Source: Octopus bimaculoides (lineage: Eukaryota). Taken from it: DNA of 64,000 nt. Below the pieces are notes generated by a model. It ran no database searches. It had not been told where the DNA came from and worked only from the letters and a program-made list of their open reading frames with translations. This document shows, piece by piece, positions 37,996 through 50,046 of the stretch; positions within the stretch are counted from its first letter, which is position 1; the number at the start of each line of letters is the position of its first letter. The stretch lies in assembly GCF_001194135.2 (NCBI RefSeq), contig NC_069002.1, positions 28,372,900-28,436,899 on the forward strand, read 5' to 3'. Position numbers and translations under genes: made by a program.

Positions 37996-39193
37996 GTTTT
38001 TGTGTTTGTTTGTTTGTATGTGTGTATGTATGTATGTATGTATGAATGCATGCATGCATGCATATGCGTCTGTGTGTATCTATCTATCTATCTATCTATC
38101 TATCCGTATGTGCATGCATGCATGCGCGCTGCATTAACTCTGGTGCGTTGACGAACAGAAGGTAAACTTGTCAAAATACATTTTATTTTAAGAACAGACA
38201 TTCATAAAATTAGCAATCCGGAAAATTTGCTTTCTCTCTTTCTTTTCAACAAAATTGTTTCTTAAAAATAGATTAACAATAAATGTGAAGGTCAAGTCAG
38301 ACTGAACAACTCAAAGAATGTTGATGAATGCCAAGAGAAAAGTAAACCGAAAATTCAAAGAATATTTGCATGTTTTCAAAACTATCAGCTGTAGCAGAAG
38401 AATCTGAAAGAGCTGCATCGGTACCAGCAACCGTGTTAGATTTTTCTATCATTGTAAACTACTTTCTTTCGTTGATAGCGAAAGCTCGAGAGGATTTGAG
38501 AAATCTCTGTGATTTCATTCTAATCCTAGAAGGAAGCTTTCAGCTCCGATTTGTCGATACTATTAGCTGCGATTCGTTTAGCTTATGAAATAACTAGTAC
38601 GAAACAACTTTTAGCAGCGTTAACAAGATATTTTAGACATTATCTGTCGATAACTTTTCTGAGTAGCTTTCAAAATTAAACAAGGTTAAACTATTTTCCG
38701 TTCTGATGTAAGTGTTTTTTTTACATCTTGTTATAGATTCTATATTGGCAAGCGCAGAGAAAATTCGTTATATTTACTTAAGAAGCCTCTTCAATTGCCA
38801 GTATTAATGAACGCCTCTGATTCTTCTGATCATTTCCGCTCTTCAGCATATTTGCAGTTTTGCAGCTTCTACTTTATTTTTCTTCCTTTGTTTTGGTCTC
38901 AATGATCGTCCTTCACGTTTTATCTTTTCCAAAGTTGCCAACGTTCATCTCCTATAATACCATTTATATGAACAATCAAATGAATATTCAATACACAAAG
39001 TATAATATATAACCAGAAAAATACCACTGAATACTTGAATAATTAAATGCAACCCTAGAAAAAAAGAACTAAAATTGTACCCTAGTTGTCTTTCCTTCTG
39101 TTTATTCGCTCTCTTCCTCATTTTCGGGTTCCACGCCGTTCTTTCGATTACATCGTCTCTCTAACTCTGATGCCTCACCGACATGTTTCATAC

Positions 39194-39576
39194 GGAGATC
39201 ATATATTTGGCACAGCCGTTTTGGCGCCGCCTATTCGGCGTCGCTGATTCGAGGCAGACTTATTTGACTGCAGACGTTTTAATGCTTCTGCTGTTCTCTC
39301 CACTATATTTCTCTGCGTTTGTGCGAATAGATTTCTCTTCGTGTGTATGAAAAGAGAGAAAGTATTTATTCAATCATGTTCAATTAATAAATTATAATGT
39401 CTCTCTCCTCTACCTTTATGTGTATATTTCTAGGCGCGCGTGCGTGCATACGTGTGAGTGTGTAAGTATGTTTGCCTCCCGTGCCAAAAAATACTGTTGC
39501 CAAAACAGCTTCAGTGATCAGTCAGCCGTGCCAAATCGCCAGCGTCCAATCAGCTGCGCCCAATTGTTACATTCCC
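39194..39576. mobile_element. MITE-like element with inverted subterminal arrays of TTGGCGC-type units
   Basis: The left end has TTTGGCAC/TTTTGGCGCC/TTCGGCGTC units; the right end has their reverse complements (GTGCCAAA, TTGCCAAAA, GCGCCCAA). Confidence 0.5.
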
Positions 39577-39943
39577 GTTTCACATTGTGATTCCTTTTGC
39601 CTTATGTTCCACTTCTCTCTCTCTCTCTCTTTCTTCTCATTCTATTCATTCATTCTGTATCTTCAGTAACGTGTTTCTGACAAAGGATTTTCCCCAGAAT
39701 ATTAAATTTTTTTCCTCTTCTCCTCATTGGAAGCCAATACATTCCAATATTGAATCGCCTGCGGTTTGTAAATGATGTGTCCAACGAAACTAAAATTGGA
39801 AATCGCTAATCAGATAATTTGCCTAATTGCATCCAGGACATCAGAGACACAATATTATCCTCCGCTCTTCTGACAAACCGAACCAAGACTTGTTTCACAA
39901 AAATAAAGGGTTATTTATTATTTATAACGTCTCTAATAAGTGT

Positions 39944-40452
39944 GGGCAGGCATAATTACGTGGCTGAGACGTTAGCTTTGCACCCATACAGTTTTGAGTT
40001 CAATCTCATTGCGAGGCACCTGGACCAGCTGTCGTTATACTATGGCCGTAGTCCGATTAATTCTTTGTGAGTAAATTTGGTTGACGGAAACTGTGTGGAA
40101 ACCCGTTTTCAATGTATGTATGTGTGAGACGAGTCCTTATTAGAGTTTATGTCGAGTAAATAATATTCTATGTTCTAACACAACATCCACATTGAGTGAG
40201 GGTGGATATTACCTTTTGGTATTCATACTGCTTCTGTCGCTATAATATATGTGTGTGTGTGTGTGACTTTGTGTTCGTCTCCACACCACTTGACAACCGG
40301 TGTCGGTTTGCTTACGTCCCCGTAACGTAGCGGTTTGGCGAAAGAGGGTAATAATTACGAGACTAAATAACGAACTGGGATCGATTCTTTTCGACTAAAC
40401 GCTTCAGGGCGGTGCCTCATCACAGCCACAGTCCGAGTGAAAGAGTAAAGAG
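39944..40452 (+). mobile_element. Decayed family A SINE
   Basis: GACGGAAACTGTGTGGAAACCC and CTTGACAACCGGTG..CGTCCCCGTAAC..GGCGGTGCC. Confidence 0.75.
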
Positions 40453-41059
40453 CTGTAACTGTGTTACAAGTTCAAGCCCTGCCGTCGGTCAGCTTTAACT
40501 TTCATCTTTCTAGAGACGATGAAATAAAATACCAGTCGTATATATGGTGCTTTATAACAATGTAACCTTTAAAATTCGGGAAATGGTTGCGTGAATACTT
40601 GTCAAACAGGAAAACACCAAATAAATAAAATGCCTTTTTCTTAAGAGTAATTTTTATACTTATTTTCGTTTAATATAAATACAAGATCTATAATAATTGT
40701 TAGTCGTTCACACAAAATTCATAATTTCATTATGGAAAAGTGCCATAAATATATTCTCTTTCCTTTGCATCCATCGAGAGTATAAATTCGTTTGAGATTT
40801 CCACATTGTACGAACGTACATCAATTGATGATGTCCTCTGTTCTCTAATTAAACATCAATTGATGATGTCTGCCGTTAACAAAAACCAGGCCATTCCCAG
40901 GCAATGTACTTCCTGTCCTTTAGGATCCGAGTTCAAATCCTGCTTTAATGTACATCATCCCGGAATCGGTAAAATACAGAACCAGTTATGAACTTGGGTT
41001 AATATAATAATCCTAGAAAGCATCATATATTGAAATAGAATCATAATCCATAATCTAGG

Positions 41060-41500
41060 CGGCACAAGGCCTGAAACTTTTATGCGGGGCTAATTGTTTT
41101 CACGACGCCAATGCTCAACTAATATTTATTTTATCGGCCTCCAAGGCTCAACTGGTACTTATTTTATCGATCTCGAAAGATGAATGACAAAGTCGCTCTC
41201 GATAGAATTTGAGCTAAGGGTATAGAGACGGACGAAATGCCATTAAGCCTTTTTTGCGGCGCATTAACGATCTTGCTAGCTCGTCTTAATAACAACAACA
41301 ACAATAATAATAATAATCCTACCTACTGTAGGCACAAGGCCTGAAATTTGAGAGGAGGGGACTAGTCGATTACATCGACTCCAATGCGTAGCTGGTACTT
41401 ATTTTATCGACTTCGAAAAAAATAAAAGACCAGGCCGACCTTGGCAGAATTTGAACTCTAAACATTTAATGTGCTAACGATTCTGCGAGCTTGTCATCTT
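41060..41500 (-). mobile_element. Two family B SINEs joined by (AAC)/(AAT)n
   Basis: GGCACAAGGCCTGAAA tails at about 41062 and 41331. Confidence 0.8.
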
Positions 41501-42249
41501 TTTAAATGGAATTACAACAGAAGAGAAAGACTACATCATTCGCATTTGGTTAATTAGATAGACAGAAGCTAAATACGTTTGGTACCTAACATAATGAGAA
41601 ATATTCTTTAGAGCAAAACTTATTTCAAATTGAAAACGATATATTTTTCTTGTTGCTTAAATTGTCATAACGGAGATAATTGAAAAGTTGTGTTATTGCG
41701 TAATCCAAGTGCATGTTCTTCCTCAAATGCACCAAAAGCAGTAATATACGAACCATATTTTATTGAAGAACAAACACACGCACAAAATAAAAGGAAAAAA
41801 ATCGTGTTAACAGAAATTACAGGATTAAAAGAATTGTGCTTTTCTGTTGAAATGTTAGAGTATCAAAAAATGCAAACGGTTTTCGTTGATGTTAACAACA
41901 TTATACAAATCTCTTTTTTTTTTTTGTTTTTTAGCTACAATTTTCTGTCAGGAAGTTTTACGTATTTTAAAACTTCGAAAAAGTTTCAGATTGGAGATGA
42001 TGTATTTTGATAAATGACGCAGTTCTTAAAAATTTGGATGGAATCATAGACAAATTCTAGATGTCTTATAAGATAGATAAGCTGAATTTATCTAAGTCTA
42101 CGTTATCCCATCATTCCTTAGTTATATATATAAAAAAAAGTGTAAATTACATCACGTATATAAATGAATCAACTGTCCATCTCACCTCATAGAACTGTGT
42201 GTCTAGTCCTAATTAGTTATTTAACACGACTTTAATGGTTCTATTGTTT

Positions 42250-42480
42250 AATGGTTCTAAGAGCGCGGGCTACTTACCCCAAGATTCTGAGTTCGATTTC
42301 AGGCAGTGACCTGAATAATAATGATAATAATCATATCGAAAGATACCATAGGAATGAGAACCCAAGTTCAAACTTTCCCCACGACACCCGATGTAGGCTG
42401 GACGGTATATCAGCCGAAACGTTATGTTAACAACAAACAAGATGAGGACAAATGTCCATCAAATGTAAATAATGTAAAAG
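42250..42480 (+). mobile_element. tRNA-headed SINE whose 3' part is a Penelope-type terminal repeat with a decayed hammerhead
   Basis: AGAGCGCGGGCTACT..GAGTTCGATTTC head; GACAC-CCGATGT-A-GGCTG-(10 nt)-CAGCC-GAAACGT-T-ATGTT at 42383-42428. Confidence 0.6.
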
Positions 42481-42576
42481 TTTAATGGGTTTTTAAAAAA
42501 ATTATACATACTTAATGGAAGCATTGATAAAACATCTATCTATCTTTAGAAATAATACATTTTTAAATCTCTCAGA

Positions 42577-42980
42577 GATATCTTCGACTAAAAAACCCTT
42601 TAAGGCGCTGCTCCAGTGTGGCCGCAGCCAAATGACTGAAGCACGTAAAAGAATAAATGAAAAGAATGAAGGCGCAGGCATGGCTGTGTGGTAAGAAGCT
42701 TGCTCACCAACCACATGGTTCCGGATTCTATCTCACTGTATAATACATTGTGCAAGTGTCTTCTACCATAGTCTCGGGCCAACCAAAGCCTTGTGAGTGG
42801 ATTTGGTAGACGGAAACTGAAGGAAGCCAGTCGTATATATATATATACATATGTGTATGTGTGTATCTTTGTGTCTCTGTCTGAGACACCACCACCGCTT
42901 GACAACCGGTGTTGGTGTGAGTGCGTCCCCGTAACTTAGCGGTTTGGTAAAAGAGAATAGATAGATTTATGTACCAGGTT
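42577..42980 (+). mobile_element. Family A tail fragment followed directly by a near-full family A SINE
   Basis: Tail 42577-42667; new head GGCGCAGGCATGGCTGTGTGG at about 42670. Confidence 0.85.
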
Positions 42981-43635
42981 CGCGTCAAGAATCAGGCAAA
43001 CTTGATACAAAAGCGAAATATTCCTATCTTTATTTCTTCGATATTCTTTGTCAGTTAAATTTAGATTTTTTTTTTGTTTTTTTTTTTGATTAACTGCAAA
43101 TTTTCTGTTCTTCAGTAGAACAGCGTTCTTCTGCTATTTGATGCCTTCCAAAGGTTACAACAAATATTTTAAAGAACTGGAGTGAGAAGAAAGGAAGTTA
43201 GCATCTCAAGTCTGTGACAAAGGAAGTCTCATTAGACGAACAGAAACGTTACTATGAGTAGAACCACGAAAAAAAAATTACATAAATAAAGAAAATAAAA
43301 CAAAAAAAAAAAAAAGTTAAACTCGCCCATTCAGTACAGTATGGTAGTGTTTGTCTTGAAGAAATGTGCTAATTTCTACAGTTCTGCTGTTTAAAGTCTG
43401 CTGCGAGGCTGTGTTATTTAATGGTGACCTCCTAGAATGTTCGTTGTGCGTCATAAGATGCAAATTCCGTTTAACTCCCTCCTTATCACCCTTCCACTCA
43501 CAATTATCCATCTTTTAATTTATCTTCTTCCGGACTCTCGTCTCGTCATCATTTTTCTTCTTTTTGCTCTCTTCCTGTATAATTTTCCTCGAAATTTTTA
43601 TCTAATAAAAACGTGATATTTCAAAGGCAACTTCT

Positions 43636-43669
<34 letters not shown>

Positions 43670-44140
43670 AATAGGCACTCATTCACTCTCACCTACACAT
43701 ACATACTTAGATGCGCTCGCACACACATGCCTTCACGCATGCGCGCGTATCTGTGTGTGTGTGTGTGTGATTATATACGCATTGAAAGCTTGTGGGTAGA
43801 TTGTTGACAAAATTCACGATCGATTATGGAATATACGAGAGTGTCACTTTGATGAGGCTAACCAAAATTTCATGAGAGAAGTAGAGAGAGCCTATTGCCG
43901 ATAATTGGTTTGCTTAATTAGGAATTAAAACGTGTAGAATTTATAATTTTGTGTCTGTTGTTGGTTTGAATTCAATACTTCTACTACTCATAACATAAGT
44001 TATGGGCCATTACTGGCCCGGATCATGTCTAACTCAATAACTCCTCCTGACGTGCTATTTTAACCTTCTACCTATCCGAAGTGGTTTCCTTAAGTTAGTC
44101 CTAAATGCCCATGCGTGTATTTAAACTTTTAGCTAGGCTT

Positions 44141-44880
44141 TGTTTTATACGTTCCAAGTAATATGAAGCTTTCTTTTCCTAAGTCCCAAGTTAATCAAGT
44201 TGTTGAAATAAATTGGGAAAGTGTATTATATATGATGCATGGATGCCAGGAATACATGGCCTGTGCATCTCATGTAATATACAGAAGAGGCAAAGGGTTA
44301 AAAGGCTGTGTTAGAAGAGACAGTGAGACATTGGTGAGTTATGTTATACAAAACATGTCTTTATAGAGAGACTGTAATATTAACTCTTTGCCTTTCCAAA
44401 GCAATTTCATAAGTTTGTTCTAAACGTCTGTAGTTGTTTTTCAAACCTTTAGTTAACCCTTGTTTCATACGTTCGGACTAATAAAAAAGCTTTCCTTTCA
44501 TAAGTCCCAAATCACTCTGGTGGTTGAAAAAAGAAATTTGTTATGTGTACCAGATATGATGCATGGACACCAGAGAAATATGTCGTGTATATCACATGTA
44601 ATATACAAGACAGGCAAAGGGTTAAGAAGTTTTGTTAAAAGAGGCAGTTTTAGTGTGGCATTGGTGAATTATGTTATACAAAACCTGACTCTATTGAGAG
44701 GCTATCTGTGATCCTCACACTCTGCCTGCCCAAAGCATTTTCCTAAACATCCATATTTGCTTTCAGACTTAGTTAACCCTTTTTCATGCGCTCTGCGTAA
44801 TAAAAAGGCTTTCCTTTCTTAAGTCCCAGAGACATATGTCCTGTGTGCCAGATGTGTTACATAGGATAGGCTAAGGCTGT
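44141..44880. repeat. Diverged 320-bp tandem repeat (two full units plus a deleted third)
   Basis: Unit starts TGTTTTATACGTTC (44141), TGTTTCATACGTTC (44461), TTTTCATGCGCTC (44781); shared blocks AAGTCCCA, ATATGATGCATGGA, CATGTAATATACA, GGCAAAGGGTTAA, TATGTTATACAAAAC. Confidence 0.9.
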
Positions 44881-45465
44881 CATATTTCAGGACATCATAG
44901 CCCACTCAGGTAGGGGCTTGTTCGCTGAAATGCATGTAGATGTCAGTCGTTTGTTTTATATCTCTTGGAGGAATTTGTTCCGGTGTCGAAGGAATGTTAT
45001 GAAGTCTTTTTCTTTAAGTTCTTTTGGAATAACAGTCTCAAATTTTGACAAAAGGCCAACAATTTTCGTGGCAGAAGTTATTGAATTATCTCAATCCCAG
45101 TGCCCGACTGGCGCTTATTTTATCGATACTGAAAGAATGAAAGACAAAATCGACCTCAGTAGAATTTGAACTCGTTTCGACGCGCTGGCGATTTTGCCAT
45201 CTCAGAATAATGTCGAACAAGGTAGAACCAGTTGAGGTTAAAATAAATTATCACAATTGTTAACTGATGCGAACTTGCTTTTTATGTATGTGGAGAGGGT
45301 AGGTGTGGTGGTGGGGAGAATGATAAGCCTTGTGAAATTGATATCGGCATCGTTTGGACAGCGTTGATGGAATATTTTCCATGTTGTAGAAGCGATGTAG
45401 CGCTATAAGCGGTGTTGATATATTTAACATCGAATGCACGTGTTTGGTCGTGACCACAATCTTCC

Positions 45466-45537
<72 letters not shown>

Positions 45538-45760
45538 TTTATTTCTGGCTTTTCTGCAACTGCTTTAATTCCAGTTTCATCAGCAACACACGCTTTTATT
45601 TATTTACTCTCTCTCATGCCGACGTTGTTTTTGTGTCTATTTATATATGCGCGGAGGCTGACACAGATTCTAAAGTCTTAGAGATTTGTTCAAATAAAAC
45701 AACAAAAAGCAAACAAGGATTCATTGAGAAATTAAAATTCTTTCACACGCACATACATGC

Positions 45761-45804
<44 letters not shown>

Positions 45805-46799
45805 NNNNNNNNNNNNNNNNNNNNNNNNNNNNNNNNNNNNNNNNNNNNNNNNNNNNNNNNNNNNNNNNNNNNNNNNNNNNNNNNNNNNNNNNNNNNNNNN
45901 NNNNNNNNNNNNNNNNNNNNNNNNNNNNNNNNNNNNNNNNNNNNNNNNNNNNNNNNNNNNNNNNNNNNNNNNNNNNNNNNNNNNNNNNNNNNNNNNNNNN
46001 NNNNNNNNNNNNNNNNNNNNNNNNNNNNNNNNNNNNNNNNNNNNNNNNNNNNNNNNNNNNNNNNNNNNNNNNNNNNNNNNNNNNNNNNNNNNNNNNNNNN
46101 NNNNNNNNNNNNNNNNNNNNNNNNNNNNNNNNNNNNNNNNNNNNNNNNNNNNNNNNNNNNNNNNNNNNNNNNNNNNNNNNNNNNNNNNNNNNNNNNNNNN
46201 NNNNNNNNNNNNNNNNNNNNNNNNNNNNNNNNNNNNNNNNNNNNNNNNNNNNNNNNNNNNNNNNNNNNNNNNNNNNNNNNNNNNNNNNNNNNNNNNNNNN
46301 NNNNNNNNNNNNNNNNNNNNNNNNNNNNNNNNNNNNNNNNNNNNNNNNNNNNNNNNNNNNNNNNNNNNNNNNNNNNNNNNNNNNNNNNNNNNNNNNNNNN
46401 NNNNNNNNNNNNNNNNNNNNNNNNNNNNNNNNNNNNNNNNNNNNNNNNNNNNNNNNNNNNNNNNNNNNNNNNNNNNNNNNNNNNNNNNNNNNNNNNNNNN
46501 NNNNNNNNNNNNNNNNNNNNNNNNNNNNNNNNNNNNNNNNNNNNNNNNNNNNNNNNNNNNNNNNNNNNNNNNNNNNNNNNNNNNNNNNNNNNNNNNNNNN
46601 NNNNNNNNNNNNNNNNNNNNNNNNNNNNNNNNNNNNNNNNNNNNNNNNNNNNNNNNNNNNNNNNNNNNNNNNNNNNNNNNNNNNNNNNNNNNNNNNNNNN
46701 NNNNNNNNNNNNNNNNNNNNNNNNNNNNNNNNNNNNNNNNNNNNNNNNNNNNNNNNNNNNNNNNNNNNNNNNNNNNNNNNNNNNNNNNNNNNNNNNNNN
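45805..46799. other. Largest assembly gap; others at 981-1210, 21146-21578, 32988-33408, 33599-34278, 35890-36534, 50944-51059, 61514-61709
   Basis: Runs of N, mostly bordered by microsatellites or SINEs. Confidence 1.
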
Positions 46800-46807
46800 T
46801 ATATATA

Positions 46808-47058
46808 TTGTAGGTTGGTGCATAATTATTGGGGGGTTTTTCAACAAATTTTATTCAACGAAGACAATAACAACATGTAACAAAAACATCTTTAAATGAT
46901 TATTCCGGAGCATATTCACCATCTCCTTCAATTACTGCTTCCCATTTGCTTGGCAGACGGTCAGACCATGAGTTAAAGATGCTTTTGCTAAACATTGTTA
47001 GTGTTTTTGCTGAATAAAATTTGTTGCAAAAAGCCGCAATAATTATGCACCAATCCAG
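46808..47058 (-). mobile_element. Mariner-derived MITE retaining the transposase C-terminus
   Basis: About 50-60 bp TIRs (TTGGTGCATAATTATTG.GG.TTTTT.CAACAAATTTTATTCA) in TA context; minus frame ..DRLPSKWEAVIEGDGEYAPE* matches the mariner C-terminal LPxRWxxVIxxxGxY motif. Confidence 0.85.
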
Positions 47059-47324
47059 TATATATATATATATATATATATAATTAGGGTACAAGATAGT
47101 ACACAGCATTGCTAAAAATACAGGTTAAAAACGGCTCAAAACCACAGTTATCACTTAAAACACACTGGTGAATTCGATGAAACGAGTAATCATAAAAGCC
47201 AAATTACCATATATATAAGACAGTGTGATTCAGATAAGCACGATTAGGTTTCCTATAAATATGCATATAGGGATATATATGAACAGATAGAAGAACTAAA
47301 TATATTCAGCAGGTAACACGCATG

Positions 47325-47614
47325 TACTAAAGGCGGCGCGACAGCATGGCCGCAGTCAAATGACTGAAACAAGTAAAAGAATAAAAGAAAGAAAAAAAAT
47401 GTACGAGCCTATAGATATTTATTTAGTTTATTTTTTACTGTTTTGCCTGTTTCAGTCTTTTGACTGCGGTCATGCTGGAGCATCGCCTTTATTCGAACAA
47501 ATCGACCCCAGGACTTATTCTTTGTAAGCTTAGTACTTATTCTGTCGGTGTCTTTTGCCGAACCGCTAAGTTACGGGGACGTAAACACACCAACATCGGT
47601 TGTCAAGCGATGTT

Positions 47615-47653
<39 letters not shown>

Positions 47654-47733
47654 NNNNNNNNNNNNNNNNNNNNNNNGTCACGCAGTGGGACTTAACCCAG
47701 AACCATGTGGTTGCGAATCAATCTTCTTGTCAG

Positions 47734-47735
<2 letters not shown>
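47325..47735. mobile_element. Family A tail (+, 47325-47387) and family A copy (-, 47432-47735), tail-to-tail
   Basis: CAGCATGGCCGCAGTCAAA vs TTTGACTGCGGTCATGCTG. Confidence 0.85.
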
Positions 47736-47780
<45 letters not shown>

Positions 47781-48599
47781 GGAATATTTAATAATAATCT
47801 AAGATCGACAACAGCAAAGTCCAGATCTTTTTCTATCTTTTACAAGCGAATTACAACTACGTATTTATATTATAGGGTATTTAAAAATCAAATCCAGATG
47901 ATTATCTGTAATTTCTACCGGATTAACCCGATCTTTCAATTCCTGTTTGTATGTTGTTAATTTTTCTTCTTAAAAATACTCTTTATATAAACCTGGTGTT
48001 GCTTCCTTCTTTTTTGCGTCCTTGCATTTCTCTCTCTTCCTGCCTTGCTCTGCTCTTCCTTCCTGCTTGGCTTTCGCACATCCTCTCTTACATTCTCTTT
48101 CTCCTCCTCAATATTCACCACCGTTTAAAAGTGAGTAGAGCCAGCCCTAGAAACATATCTTTTCCCCCCTAGATTGTCAGTAGATGGCGTGTGTCCACGT
48201 TTATCTAACCCCGTAGTCATCTTCGCTAAAACCACTTTCTGTGTCCCGAGTACTTAATGTAGCCTCATTTTGATGTTTATTCCTCTGCCTGCCACCATGG
48301 GTAAGTATTTTGCACCGTATCCTGCACCTGCATTTAATAAAAGGAAACTGCACAACACCCCCATCAACTATAAACATGGTTCGTGGGGAGAGGGAGACAA
48401 AATAAACAAAAATGTTATTCTACAATGAACACCTATCGGATATTCCTTGTGTCGAGTTACAGATACTTATGTTACCATCGCTGTCAGAAGTACAGTGAAC
48501 CAATGATTGATTCGTTGGAAATCTCTTTGTAATTACCGACGCTATAGTACACCAGTGGCGATATAAAGCTGTTGTTGTTGTTGTTGTTCAAAATTACAC

Positions 48600-48720
48600 A
48601 AGAAACAAAAGACAGAGACAGGTGAGGGAACAACAACCGCTGTGTTAGTTTGATCCTCAGGAAAGAATGGAAGAAATCTTTGACGTTTCGATTCTACGCT
48701 CTTCTACAGAAAAGAATTAG
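48600..48720 (-). mobile_element. Penelope-type terminal repeat with decayed hammerhead (48677-48715)
   Basis: Minus strand TCTTTT-CTGTAGA-A-GAGC-GTAG-AATC-GAAACGT-C-AAAGA. Confidence 0.55.
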
Positions 48721-49949
48721 GAAGAAAATTACACACACACAGACACAAAATATTTCTCCCAGAATATTTGCCAAGGCGAATTGTTTTAAATGAAAAGTAG
48801 CGTCCTCTATTTTATTTGTAGACAAAGTTTGAGATTCGAAAAATATTGCATTTTTACCGATTAGAATATTTAATCAGTTTTAGTGAACTTCCATGTAGTC
48901 GGCATGTTTCGCCTTGATTTCACTGAAATAAAGACTAGCAGAACCTCCTCATCCTCCGTATAAACAACACATATACACAAACAAACCAAAAAAATCTCTC
49001 ATCCAAAATAGCTGTTTTCTTAATTGAGCGATGTCAAATCTGAGTTAGTGATAGCATACAACAAAATAACATTCGTGTTATCTTTCCATACCTGGCAGCT
49101 AAAACATGGTCAGTACTCGTCATAAAAGAAAGAATGCATTATAATCTCACTTTATTAAAATCATTAGAAAGAAGAAAAAAAAAAATGCAATAGAAAAAGG
49201 AAAAAATAAAGAAACCGAATGATCTTCTATAATGATACGCTTTATATTTGCAACAATTTTATTTTCCTGTTTTCAGAATTTTTCGTTTAAGTGGGAACAT
49301 TTTTAATGTTATCGAAACAACAGTTAAAGCTTCATTGAGGTTGCTTGTTCGATTCGTAATAAGAACGTTTATAACAAACAAACAGTAAAATAAGAATATA
49401 ATATTTTAATTTTTTTTTATGAAATGCCATTGTAAATTCATGCGATTGAAGGAAGAATTTGAAAGGTAGTTCAATATTTTTATAGGATTTCTGCTGTATC
49501 AATGTAGTGCCATAAAACCTAGTCAATTCAGAGTTTTCTATCAAATCTCTCTTGAATTCATTATTGAAATGTAACTTTTATTGCGTTGATTCTTAAGTGT
49601 ATCTCTGTATATGTTGTCAAGTTTAGAATGTGAGTGACACAGACTATATATTTGTAACCGTGTTTCTGGCTATGGCAATTTCCAGCCGAAGTCTCTTCGC
49701 ATTTGTGTACAATAACAAAAATTATACATAATCATATGCATGTATAGGTACGCCACCCACACACACATAATAGTTGTATGACACATATACGTGCTATATA
49801 TAGTATATATATATACATGTCTATATGTTATCATATCTATAATGATACACAAGCATGCATACCTCTTTTTTTATATATATGTATGTGTTATTAGCTAATA
49901 AATGGTATGGTATAGATAGACAGATAGATATGTTATATAATCACATATC

Positions 49950-49981
<32 letters not shown>

Positions 49982-50004
49982 TGTACATAATCATATATAC
50001 ATAT

Positions 50005-50046
<42 letters not shown>

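Noticed and set aside
38370-38588. ORF with VLDFSIIVNYFLSLI as tincar exon 2
   Set aside because: It is not followed by the RYPxVFW motif and lacks a good phase-1 acceptor and donor pair.
40818-40870. Repeat-spacer-repeat as a CRISPR array
   Set aside because: Only two 18-bp units and a 17-bp spacer, in eukaryotic context with no cas genes.
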